A stretch of 64,000 bases of DNA from Mobula hypostoma (taxonomy: Eukaryota). The stretch covers positions 25,420,001 to 25,484,000 of the forward strand of contig NC_086108.1 in the NCBI RefSeq assembly GCF_963921235.1. Reading direction: 5' to 3'. The position numbers and the translations under genes were made by a program. Below are positions 25,317-36,905 of this stretch, piece by piece; the first letter of the stretch is position 1, and each line of letters begins with the position of its first letter. Under the pieces are notes generated by a model. It worked only from the letters and a program-made list of their open reading frames with translations, did not search any database and was not told the DNA's origin.

Positions 25317-26718
25317 TGTGCAATAACCAATTTTAAAAATGTGTAGCAATGTACTTCCATTTCCCAGTGTAGTCCTTGTATACTGTAATAAGGGAGGAGA
25401 AGGGAACAAAAGCCAGAGCTCACTGGAGTATCAAGGGGATGAAGAAGATGGTGAGATTGGGAAAGTGTTTTGCATTTTAGGAAGGATGTAGCTGATGAGG
25501 GATATGCAAAGTGACCAGGTATTGGGCAGAAACCATGACTGATACTAATAAAGTATTGCAATAGTCTTTACCAAATGGATTTTGTGAAAATCTCTGTAGA
25601 ATTGGAGGTGGAGGAGATAATAAATGAGGTGAAATTGACAAGGGGGAGGTATTAGAAAACACTGCTTTATTTAAATTAAACAATTCAACAGGTGAGATGA
25701 GATGTTAAGGGACGCAGAGGACTGAAAAACTGGCCATATTCTGTTTCAGCAATGGGAGAAAGACAAGTACAACATCCTCTCTCAGAAAGAGAGAAGAGAT
25801 GTCAAGCAGCAGAATCTGTTTGCCCTCAGTTGCAGCAAAGTTATTGAAAGCGTAACAAAGGAAAGTATTGGAATATTTAGTTGAGAAAGCAGAACTAACA
25901 GATCACTAAAGACTAATCATATTTGACAAACTACGTTTGTAGAGTGTTTTTTATAAGAATGATAAGGTTAACGCAATGCATAAATTTGAAGTCCCAATCA
26001 AATGGCTGGTTAGCTACTGTAAAATGATGCCATAGGCCTTGGGCAGTGTGAATATCAAATGAAGAATTTGAAGAATCTGAATTTGATTTTCTGCAAGCAC
26101 TGATTATTTTTGCAAAGACTTTGATAAGTTCCTGAATGAGATCTACTTTGCTTAAAAGTTGTGATGCTGGAGAATTGTAGTGAAAGGAGTTAAATTGTGT
26201 ATATATAATTTTTTGAATTTAAACTTGTAAATATACTGCCTGGAACTGAAACTGAACTATAATATTTAAGAATAGGAATTATATTTGTTTTTCTAACTAG
26301 GGATAAGTAAAATGTAAAGTTTAAACTTTTAAATAGGGAATAACACTAGATCTAATTAGTTAGAGAGATTAGAGTAATAAAGGAATCTCACTGATCCTAA
26401 ATAAGTAATTTGTTTTAGTCTGATATCCAAGATTTGAAACCCAAACAGAATGTTGGAATTTTGAATTGTTCTTGCTAATGTAAATATTTGTACATATTGT
26501 TTTCTTTTCCCCCTTTATAAACAAACCTTATCTCCAGAAGTTATGTTTCTATTCACTGTCTCCTTCCGATACCAGAACCTTCTGATGGCCTGCTAGCACC
26601 TAATGATTTTCTCAGAGTGTGGTGACCAGTTACACGCGATAAACCGAAGCTACAGAGGTGTTACAGAAGTCTTCATCCTATAAGGAGAGAGGAAGCAGGC
26701 TGGTCCTTCGCTCTATAA

Positions 26719-26798
26719 CATGGTTTCCCAACCTAGGATTCATAGACCTCTCTGTAAATTGTAGGAGTCCATGGTATAAAGAGGCTTGGGAGCCCCTG
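26719..26798. mobile_element. 80-bp hAT (Charlie-type) MITE inside an old CR1 fragment (~26640-27120)
   Basis: CATGGTTTCCCAACC ... GCTTGGGAGCCCCTG ends; flanks CTCTATAA / CTCTAGAG form an imperfect 8-bp TSD typical of Charlie. Confidence 0.7.
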
Positions 26799-27134
26799 CT
26801 CTAGAGGTTAAGGTTAGAGGTGATTTCATTTGAAACAGAACTGTTGCAGAGCTTGACAGGATGATGCTTAACAACATGGATCATGTTTCCCCTGCCTGTT
26901 GTGTCTAGAACTAGATGTCTAATTTTTTTTGAAAATAAAAGGCAATCATTTGACCAAAGCAAGGGGCTGAGGCTCAGTTCTCAGGACATATTTTTGGTTG
27001 TTGGGAGAATCAATGGATGAGGTAAGTGGAAGAAAGTCATCTGAAATAAAACATTAGGCTCAAACTACCTGAATGGCAGAAGATGCAAGTTGCTAAATGA
27101 CCTACCTTGGCATCTAGTTCTTAATTTTTATTTG

Positions 27135-27350
27135 GAGATACAGTAAGGTACCAGGCTCACCAAGCCTTCACTGACCAATTACAGGCATGTGTCCACTTGA
27201 CCTGCGAACCCATGCACATTTGGAATTTGGGGGAACCAGAGCATCCAGAGGAAACCCACGAGGTCACAGGGAGAACAAACTCTTTGCAGACAGCAATAGA
27301 ACTGAAGCTGGGTCACTGGTGCTATAATAATGTTGCACTACCATGCTACT
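27135..27350 (-). mobile_element. V-SINE (HE1-like)
   Basis: 'ccagagcatccagaggaaacccacgaggtcacagggagaacaaactc' is the reverse complement of the V-domain. Confidence 0.75.
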
Positions 27351-27769
27351 TCCTGTTCTGGATTTGTGTGTTGTGTTTATGCAGACTGAAAAAAAGCCGC
27401 AAGTGACAATTTATCCCAGTTCCAATCAACAGTAAAGAGCATGATAAAGGCACACATGTGCACAGGTAGGCTGGATGAATAGAGGAAATTTAGTGCAGTC
27501 TTTTGAGGTAATCAGCAATAGTAAGAAGAACGAAGGACAATCTGAACTTAATGGCACAGATCGAAATGATCAACTATTCCTACTGGTATGCAAGTCCTTG
27601 AAAATAAGTGGTTAATAAAGCTTGCAGAATCATTGGATTAATACAAAAATGTGGAAGTCATATTGAATCTGTACAAAACACTGAGTCACGGTTATTTTCT
27701 GAAAATTCCATTCTGACCAGTCTCCATGTTTTGGTAAATACGTGAATAGTCCTGGAGAAGATCATGCTC

Positions 27770-28150
27770 TCAGGACATGTTGTTCTTGCTGCTGCCATCA
27801 GGAACAAGGCACAAGAGTCTTGGGACTTGTACCACCAGGTTTAGGAGCAGTTATTACCTCTCAACCATCAGGTTCTTGAACCACAGGAGATAATTTGTCC
27901 CATCATTGAAATGTTGCCACAACCAATGGAATCGCTTTCAAGGACCATCTCAGGTTCTCAATTTATTGCTAATGTATTATTATTTCTTCTTTTTGTATCT
28001 TCAATTTATCTTTTGCACACTGGTTGTACGCTGAGTTGGTGTGGTCTTTTATTGATCCTATTATACTTATTGGCTTTGTTAAGTGTGTCTGAAAGAAAAT
28101 CAATGCCATGACTGTATATGGTGACATATGTGTACCTTAATAGTTTACTT
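27770..28150 (+). mobile_element. Rex1/Babar-type 3' fragment within decayed CR1 sequence
   Basis: Collinear with 13650-14040. Confidence 0.7.
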
Positions 28151-29209
28151 GGAAGATTGAGGAAAGATTCACAAGAGTAGTTCCCGAGTTGAGGGGTTTA
28201 ATAAGAAGGTTGAGCAGTAGAAGCTTGGTAGTTTTCATGGAAAGATCAAAAGCAACTGTGATTAGTGTTGTTTGATCATGAATAGTTTAGAGGACAAATG
28301 AAAACAAAGAATACATGAAATGAGGATGTAACAAAATACTTTTATTTACCAGGTTGGATTTTGAGTTTTCCATCTGTAAGGTTTGAAACAGAATTGATCT
28401 GGTCCTTGGAAAGGGAATTGAATAAGCACTAAGTTGCAGAACAATGAGAAAATGGAGCTGAGAACAGACAGTAATGCTGTACTAGCATTAACTCGATGGA
28501 CCAAATGAACCAAACTCGATGGACAAAATGACTCCTGTATTATAACAACCCTGTGATTCTCCACTTGCAAAACACAATCATGGAAGCAACAGCAGAAAAT
28601 TCAGTCATAACACAGGGAACATATATACTAGAATGAATTGATGCATGCTATTCACACCCAGTGAATTGTTTTTTCCTGAATGTTTAACACTTAAGAGCAA
28701 TGCTGTTTTTGTCACACATAGATTTTTCTTGTAAATGGGGACAATAAGAACAAAAATAAGCCTATTACCTCAGCTAGAACTTAGACCAACTTAATGAAGG
28801 CCCCTCATGTTTGGCACCCACATCATGCACTAGAAAGCTTATCAATAGGAGTGGCTACCACAATTATTTCACCAATATGAGCTTTACCGACAGATAGCAG
28901 AGCACATAATATATGGATAAGTGTGCAAACTGGGCCTAATGTCTTATGTAGTCATTTTGCAAGTATTGATTTCCTGAATACTGGGAGTGTTCAGTGGCTG
29001 CATTGAATGCTAATTGCTTACTTGGTGCTGGTGTCCATGCCTAACTTGGTGAATGATCTGCAATTCATAAAGAGCAAGAGATGTATGAAGAGAAGATCTG
29101 AAGTTTTAAGCTGCTTGACATGGCCTATGTTTGACATGACCATCAGTGTCAAAGATATAGTTGTTGCACAATGCAATAACACATCTGATCTTTTCCAAAA
29201 TTACTATCA

Positions 29210-30081
29210 TGTCATGGTCCGGTCCATGAAGTCCGCATTCCGGTTCACGGACTGGTCCATCGACCCTTGCTCCAGGATTTCCTGTCTACCCTGTTTCTGT
29301 TCCTGTTGAGCACTAATTGAGGCAGCTGATTCTCGTTGGGGCTGGCTGCATAAATACCTCAAGAGACCAGGGCCTGGCTGATGGATTGTTCTTGTCCTTA
29401 CTCCTTGTATCCCTTCCTCTGCCTTCTGTTTCCTCGCCTGGAGCCTAGCCTTGTCTTGCCGGTAACTTTCGCCTCACCTGAAGTTCTTGTCTCGCCTTGC
29501 ATTGCCTGAAGCCTTGCCTTGTCTTGCCCGTAACTGTCGCCTCGCCTGAGGTCTTGTCTTGGAGCCACCCTGTATTTATTTCCCTTCCTGTCCCTTGCCT
29601 CCATTGGGTAAGTCAGGCTAGATTGCTGTTACCTTGCGGTTGGTTCTGTCCCTTCCCGTCCCTTGCCTCCACCAGGTGGAAATCCGCGCCCTGCCCAGGA
29701 GGAGCTTCAAGACCCCAAGCCTTTAACCGAGCCTCACCTCGCCTTGAGTCTCTAGCCAAGCCTCGCCCCAAGCCAAGCTTCAAGACCCCAAGTCTCAAGC
29801 CTCTTGCCTCAAGTCTCTGGTCCCCGGCCTCATCCTGCCTGCCAGCCAAGTCACGTCCTTGCCTAGTTCTGGGGTCCGAGCCAGAGGCAAGACCCAGGTC
29901 CTCGTCCAGTCTCTGGCTCGGAGTCCAAGCCCTGGCTCCTAGCTCTCTTGTCCTGTCCTGTTCCGGGTTCCTGGTTTTCACGTCCATGTCCTAGCCCTCA
30001 CCCTGTATCCTAGTCCTGTCCCTCGTATTTCAGTGTCTGTGTCTTGCACTTGGGTCCGTTCCCAGCTACCACCTTATGACA
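29210..30081 (+). mobile_element. Solo LTR (Gypsy- or BEL-type), 872 bp
   Basis: TGTCAT...ATGACA inverted termini; perfect 5-bp TSD TATCA (29205-29209 and 30082-30086); TATA-like CATAAATA near 29349; strand inferred from this TATA-like motif only. Confidence 0.85.
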
Positions 30082-30789
30082 TATCAATGTGGCTGAAATT
30101 TGCTCCCTGGACTCAATTCTTGAACTTATCAATTAACCTTGATAGACATTTCACACCAACATCAGCAAAGCCTTGCATTTTGTGAAACTTTCCTTGTATG
30201 TGGAACAATAAACTACCATCAGACAAAGGTACCTGCTTATCAGATTTGTCATAGGTAAACTGTTTCTCTTTGTGAAAGCTGAGCTATAGGAATTCTTGGG
30301 CCATCTTTAGTGATCTACAGATCACAAGAGATCCAGAGGGGAAATATTCTTTATTCTATGTAGAAATTGCATGACCCTCCCATGTTCCACAGGCTGGAAT
30401 ATCTAATGACGTCTGCATAAAGATAAACAGTCAAGTTTGTACGCGCTTTGCAGAGTTCTCATTGAACAACAGGGTCATTGAACAGCAATGCCTCAAGAAG
30501 TTCAGAATTCCTACAGAGTACCTGGGGAGCCCTGCTCCGTCTAAAGAGATGTCATGGTCAGGAGGTAGTGTGTTCACAATCCAAATCTATCAAGCAAATC
30601 AAAGATTTAAAGACCTTCTGATTTAAGATGACACTATCAAAGTCGTGCAACAGCTTACCAGTAGTTCAAGAGCAAAGGAATTCAATTAAAGATTACTAAT
30701 AACATTTTTTGAAGTAAATTGTGGCAAAGTATCACTGCAAAGAATGAAGACGCAAGTTAATTTGAGAGATGTGCCCTGCTGGTGCCAAA

Positions 30790-31280
30790 CCAGTGAGTTT
30801 AGATTTGGAGCCTTGCTGGTTGGAGTGATCGACTCAGAAGACGACAAGGCAGATGAGTTCCAATGCCTGTCCAACTAACCCGGGTTCGAGGGTGGATCTC
30901 TCTATGCAACAAGCCATTTGGAGAGGTTGAGAATGCCTCCTTTCGCGATGAAATCTAGGTCTGAAGTGATTCACTACGGCAGGCCCCAGGTCCTAACATG
31001 AGGTATGATGTTCTGTTTGGACAATTTAAACACTGGCCTAGATAAACTGGGGACTCCTCTCTCTGTGACACTAAGGCTCATGTGCTTCATGACTGCGAAC
31101 TTAGCAGACTGCTTCTATTGCTTTGTTTTTTTTCTCTTTTGTCTTCAGTGTGCATGGGGGGTTGGTCTTTTTATATTGTTTTCTCAGCTTTCTTTCATTG
31201 CGACTGCTGTAAGCAAACAAATTTCAAGGTTGTATAATTTATACATTCTTTGGTAATAAACGTGCTTTGAACCTTTGAAC
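30790..31280 (+). mobile_element. Non-autonomous LINE-derived repeat
   Basis: Ends in AATAAAcgtgctttgaacctttgaac, the same tail type as the Rex-like copies; 5' boundary uncertain. Confidence 0.45.
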
Positions 31281-31694
31281 TGAGGGCAAGGTTAAAATAA
31301 AATAATTAGTCTCATTGTCAATTCTCCCTTAAGAGCGATCCTGACACCTTAACGACTTTGCCAATTATGTTTCAGTATTATTGAGTAAGGCGCAATGATA
31401 ATCTGTATTCTAGACCATTTCTTCATCCATTCTCATGCTTTACTATAAATTTGGTACATATGCCATGAATCTCTCCTTTACATTTAAGACAGATGTCATT
31501 TGCAACTTAAAAGCCCACTCTACTGAAAGAGCTGGATTACCCTTGGCACTGAAGAATCCCACATTAGACTAGTCTACCATAATTAATGTCATAAAAAGGC
31601 TTGTACTTTTGCAAATGATCGACAGAGTGTGGGGCAGATAGATGACAATACAATCCATGCAGAGCAGTGCAAATTGTCAGAAGTTATTCCTTAC

Positions 31695-31745
31695 CTTTGC
31701 TTACTAAGTCAGATTCTTGATGATGTGATTTATTAGTTTCAAGCC
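31695..31745 (-). other. Candidate 51-nt symmetric exon
   Basis: gtcttccttgtag| acceptor and AAG|gtaagg donor; the only open frame is phase 1/1, (G)LETNKSHHQESDLVSK. Confidence 0.25.
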
Positions 31746-32084
31746 CTACAAGGAAGACTTCCAGAAACAGTCTTGTTTCTGAATTTAAGAGACTGACTAA
31801 TGTTTAATGTGGAAGGGAGGGGAGAATTAACACTGGTATTAGACAGTACAAACCTCAAGTAGTATATGGCAGGAATCAAAATCTTAATATCAGTCTTGTC
31901 TCTCCATCAAGTATCAGCTTCATACTTGAGAAATCATGAGCAGTCATGATTAAAGGAACAGTCATCTGCATTTCCAAAGTTTCACAATAGGGTTGCAAGT
32001 ACCTTATGAAGCTTCAGCTTTAAGGGACGTGACAGTATAATCCCTGTGACAAGCTTCTGATTTGGTGTCTCTAAGAGTTCATGA

Positions 32085-33157
32085 AGCTGGACCTCTGTAC
32101 TTCTCTCTGTGACTGGATCTTTGACTTCCTAACTGAATGACCATAATCTTTGTAGATTTGAAATAACATCATCCTGATGATAATCAACAGTGGTGCAATT
32201 CAGGGATGTATGCTGAGCTCACTACTCTGCTCTACTCTCTCCACATCAATGACCATGTACCTAGGCATAACTCAAATGCCATCTGTAAGTTTGCTGATGA
32301 TACAACCATTGCCGGTAGAATCTCAGATGGTGATGAGAGGGAGTACAGGAATGAAATATACCAGCTAGTTGAGTGGTGTCATAGCAACAGCCTTGCACTC
32401 AGTGTTAGTAAGACCAAAGAGCTGATTGTGGATTTCATAAAGGGCAGGACGAGGGAACCAATCCTCGTAGGGTGATTGGAAGTGGAGAGGGGAAGTAGTA
32501 TCAAGTTCCTGGGTGTCAAGATCTCTGAGGACCTGACCTGGTCACAACATATCGATGCAGTTATAAAGAAGGCAGGACAACTATATTTCACTTGGAATTT
32601 GAGGAGATTGGTTTTGTCACCTAAAACACTCAAACCTCTACAGATATACTGTGGAGAGCATTCTGACTGGCTTCATCACCGCCTGGTATGAGGATGGGTA
32701 CTGCACAGGATTAAAGTAAGTTGCAGAAAGTTGTAAAATCAGTTTGCTCCATCACGGATACTGGCCTCTATTATATCAAAAGTATCTACAAGGAGTGGCG
32801 TCTCAGGAAGGCGGAGTCCATCATTAAGAACCCCCACCACCCAGGACATGCCCTCTTCTCATTGTTACCTTCAGGAGGGATGTGCAGGAGCCTGACAGCT
32901 CACGCTCAGCAATTCAGGAACAGCCTCTTCCCCTCTGCCATTCGATTTCTAAATGGACATTGAAACCATGAACAATACTACCTCAATACTTTTTTTAAAA
33001 ATTCTGTTTTTGCACCATTTAAAAAAATTAATTATTTAATATGCACATAATTACTGTATTTTTTTCTCTATTTATCAAATATTGCATTGTACTGCTGCTG
33101 CTAAGTTAACAAATTTCATGACATATGCTGGTGATATTGAACCTGATTGTGATTCTG
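32085..33157 (+). mobile_element. Rex1/Babar-type LINE 3' fragment
   Basis: GAIQGCMLS, CKFADDT, SKTKELIVDF, KFLGVKISEDLTW and HHPGHALFSLLPSG; tail ctgattgtgattct. Confidence 0.88.
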
Positions 33158-33813
33158 CTGAACTCTGCAATCATGGTCCTGTAGCAATGAGTGACTGGCC
33201 TGGTGTGGCAGGAACCAGAGCCTTGTCGCTGAGAAACTGACTGCCAGAGGGGGTCATGAGCTGCTGTCAAATCAAAGAGGCACAATCCTCAGCAGTCAAT
33301 GATGTTCCACAACTACACTCAATCTCCTGGGAGTGCACATCATTCACAACCTCTAATGGTCACAGAACAGATCGTACACAGTCAAGAAAGTTCACCAATG
33401 CCTCTGCTTTCTGAGGAGGCTGAAGAGGATAGACTTTGCACGTGCATACTCACTTTGCACATTGTTCTACAGCCGCGCAATAGAGCTGCATGTCTGCTTG
33501 GTATGGAAAGTGTCCTGCGGTGGACTGGAAGGCTTTAAACGGGTAGTCAAAACTGCCCAACGCATCACTGGCACCAGCCTATCCATCACCAAGGACACCT
33601 ATACAGAAAGGTGCCGGAAAAAGGCCAGTAACATCATGAGGGACCTCACCCACCCTGCTCATGGACACTCCCACCATTACGGAGGCTGTGTAACTTCCCC
33701 AATCAGTAAGGTTGATCAGCACCTCCGCCCACTAACTCCATCACTGCTATATTATTTCCTGTGAGTTATCTTTTGCACAGCCTAACATCACTATATGGAC
33801 ACATAATCTATTT

Positions 33814-33947
33814 AAGCAACACACATCAAAGTTGCTGGTGAACGCAGCAGGCCAGGCAGCATCTGTAGGAAGAGGTGCAGTCGACGTTTCAGGCCGAGAC
33901 CCTTTGTCAGGACTAACTGAAGGAAGAGTGAGTAAGGGATTTGAAAG
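33814..33947 (-). mobile_element. 134-bp Penelope-like terminal repeat insertion with a 10-bp TSD
   Basis: TAATCTATTT at 33804-33813 and 33948-33957; similar to the termini at 42228-42370 and 48870-49000. Confidence 0.85.
33878..33915 (-). ncRNA. Minimal type-I hammerhead ribozyme motif, core mutated (CUGACAA)
   Basis: UAGUC-CUGACAA-AGGGUCUCGGCCU-GAAAC-GUC-GACUG; stem I intact. Confidence 0.6.
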
Positions 33948-34189
33948 TAATCTATTTCTATTTATATAAGTTATCTGTTGTACATATTTATATTGTGTTT
34001 TTTTATCTTCTGTGAGGATTTTTTTGCTGCAAATAACAATTACGGTATCTTGTTGACCTTTACACCTGTGTACAGGAAATGACATTGAAACAATGTTGAA
34101 TCTTGAATCTAATATCAGGAATGACATTTCTGGATTGGATGGGATTATAGTATTATTATATACATCACTATCCTTGTAGTAATACTGAA

Positions 34190-34690
34190 GGCTTCTGTTC
34201 TGGAATGAGCTGAGCCTCTAGCCAAACAGCTCCAGTGCAGCTGTAAAGTGGCGAAGCAAATAACAATGTACAAAACTACCCAGGAGCATCTGGCAGACAA
34301 AGGCCAGACAAATGCATTCTCCAAGTCATTTACAAAATGACAGAAGGTGCCATCAACAGTATCATCAGACCACACTTACTCACACAAGCTACTCACTGAT
34401 GACATTTCTGCATTCCAGCAGGTCAACACAGCTTCTAAGTAATACCTCGATACAGGCATGGACCAAACTCTGGAATTCCAGAGAAGAAGGTGAGTGACTG
34501 CCCCTGATACCAAGGCAGCATTTGACCAAGTGTGGTTTCAAGGGAGGATCGTAACTGGGGGAAATCCTCACTGGCTGGAGTTATGGCCAGCGCATGGTGT
34601 GAGTTGTGCAGGCCAATAGTCTCCATTGGAAGAAGTTACTGTAGGAGTTCCTGAAGCAGATCTCATCATTTTCAAGTGCGACATCGGTGA
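34190..34690 (+). mobile_element. Very old CR1-like RT remnant
   Basis: 'cctgataccaaggcagcatttgaccaagtgtgg' (DxKAAFDxVW) and 'ggagttcctgaag' (GVP) motifs. Confidence 0.5.
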
Positions 34691-34704
34691 TCTTCCTTTT
34701 ATTG

Positions 34705-34895
34705 GTTGCAGCATGGTCGCACAGAAATTGTGCTTTTGCCTCACAGTTCCTGTGACCTTGGTACAAATCTTAACCCCATGCTTTTCCTGTTGAGTCTGTA
34801 ATTCTCCCTATGACCTTCTGTTCCCCCCATTCTCCAGGTTTCTCCATCATCCCCAAAACAAAGTGTCAAGGTTAACCAGCTACTGTAAATTACTA
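34705..34895 (+). mobile_element. Decayed V-SINE
   Basis: tRNA-like head (gcatggtcgcacag...gcctcacag) and V-domain-like 'gagtctgtaattctccctatgacc...ctccaggtttctcc'. Confidence 0.55.
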
Positions 34896-35632
34896 TCTAG
34901 TTTGAGCAAATGGAAACAAACCAAATGACTTTTGAAACAACTTGGACAATTTATACCCTATCAGAGCGCCAGAACACTACAGACCCTCTCTTACCTTACC
35001 CTGTCTCCAATTGTTTTTTATTTGCATTAATATCTTGTTTTACATGGTCTCTCTTCACTATCTCATATAATTTAATTATAATAATTGTTGTGGATTATCT
35101 GTACCTGTGTAACTGTTCTGGAACTAGCTGATTTTCATTGTATTTGTACCGGGCCCTACTTGTGCATGGGACAAAAAACTGCACTTGACTTCATTTGAGT
35201 TGATGGGCATGCAAGAGAGAATAAGTCACAGGGCTAAAAGTAAGCTTGCTTGAAGAGTGCAAATGGAAGTTACTAACAGAAATGGGTTGCTCTGCTGCAG
35301 CTGGTATTGACCCAGAGGGCTAAATGACCTCTTTATATGCCATAATAAGTCAATAACATTAGGGAGGAAATGAGAATGTTCATTTTTGATTGCACAGTGT
35401 TCAATTCCTTGCAACGCCTGAACAAAAAGCAGTTTATGTCCACTTTGCTGTTGTATTCAGCTTCAGGTCAATGCTGCATGTAACATCCATACTGTATAAA
35501 GACTGGTTCCACTAACATGTGTCTAACCAACTTTCATTCAGGAATTCATAGCTTTATCATTATCAAATCTGAATTCTGAAGGAAGGCAGTTTTTTAAAAA
35601 ACTTCTTCGAGTGCAAGAAGGACGAGACTGCG

Positions 35633-35678
35633 CAGACGTGTGACGTCAACAGGACAGCGTGGAGAGTTTAAAAAGGAG
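35633..35678 (+). promoter_or_regulatory. Putative internal promoter of the CR1 (CRE palindrome + TATA-like)
   Basis: TGACGTCA at 35641-35648, preceded by GACGTG; TTTAAAAAGG at ~35668; a similar TTTAAAAGGAG occurs in the 5' end of the minus-strand copy near 23650. Confidence 0.4.
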
Positions 35679-35970
35679 ACCACCCTATACAGCGGGCAGC
35701 TGTTGGAGCGGGCAGTGGAGTGAGCGGTAGCAGAGTGTAGGGCTTTGGCTTCAACGGACCTCGGCAGTAAACGGGAGGAGGCAAGAGCGAAGCACCAACT
35801 CTTTTTTTTCTCCCCCCCCCACCTTTCACGAATCGGCCTGGACAGACAGGAACAGCAGGGCTCTCACAGCCAACGGTACGAGCTAACGGTTTAAAAAGTT
35901 CATCTGTTTGGCAAGGTAAGTGGGTGAGTAGACTTATTTTTCCTGTTTCATTCCTGTAGACTTAGGTAGC

Positions 35971-36905
35971 ATGCCTGCAGAGTTAATGCTTTGTTCAGGG
36001 TGCCAGATGTGGGAATCCTGGGAGACCTCCAGCCTCCCTGATGGCCACATCTGCGCCAGGTGCACTGAGATGCAGCTCCTCAGAGACCATGTTAGGGATC
36101 TGGAGCTGCAGCTTGATGACCTACTGCTTATCAGGGAAAGTGAAGAGGTGATAGACAGGAGCTACAGGGAGGTAGTCATCCCTAGGCTACAGGGGTCAGA
36201 AAACTGGGTCACTGTCAAGAGAGGGAAGGGAAATACCCGGATAGTGGAGAGCACCCCTGTGGCTGTCCCCCTCAGCAACAGATATCTTGTTCTGGATGCT
36301 GTTGAGGGGGATGACCTGACAGGGGACGCCCACGGTGACCGGGTCTCTGGCACTGAGCCTGGTGCTGTTGTGCAGGAGAGGAGGAGGGAGAAGAGGGATG
36401 CAGTAGTCATAGGGGATTCCATAGTCAGGGGAATGGACAGGAGATTCTGTGAGCCTGATAGAGATACCTGCATGGTGTGTTACCTCCCAGGTGCCAGGGT
36501 ACGGGATGTCTCGGATCGGGTCCTGAATATTCTGAAGGGGGTGGGTGAGCAGCCAGTTGTCTTGGTACATGTTGGTACCAATGACATAGATAGGACAAAG
36601 GAGGAGGTCCTGAAGAGAGATTTCCAGGAGTTAGGAAGGAAGCTGAGAAGCAGGACCTCCAGGGTAGTAATCTCGGGATTGCTACCTGTGCCACGTGCTA
36701 GCGAGGGCAGGAATAGTAGGATCAGGCAGATGAATGTGTGCTAAGAGACTGGTGCAGGGGGCAGGGCTTCAGATTCTTCGATAATTGGGATCTCTTCTGG
36801 GGGAAGTATGACCTATTCAAACAGGACAGGTTACACCTGAACCCGAAGGGGACCAACATCCTGGCGGGAGAGTTTAACAGAGCTGTGAGGGAGGGTTTAA
36901 ACTAA
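35971..36905 (+). pseudogene. CR1 ORF1p: zinc finger/leucine zipper + SGNH esterase, frameshifted near 36740
   Basis: CSGC...CARC, heptad Leu, IGDSIVR and HVGTND; DRLHLNPKG...GLN* continues in another frame to TAA at 36903-36905. Confidence 0.9.

Larger units (their letters stand above)
33340..34110 (+). mobile_element. Second Rex1/Babar-type 3' fragment, hosting a Penelope-terminus insertion
   Basis: RVVKTAQRITG...THPAH motif; tail (TGAATCT)n near 34097-34110. Confidence 0.75.

Noticed and set aside
29497..29994. 165-aa and 124-aa overlapping ORFs
   Set aside because: They are low-complexity products of the repetitive LTR interior with no domain motifs
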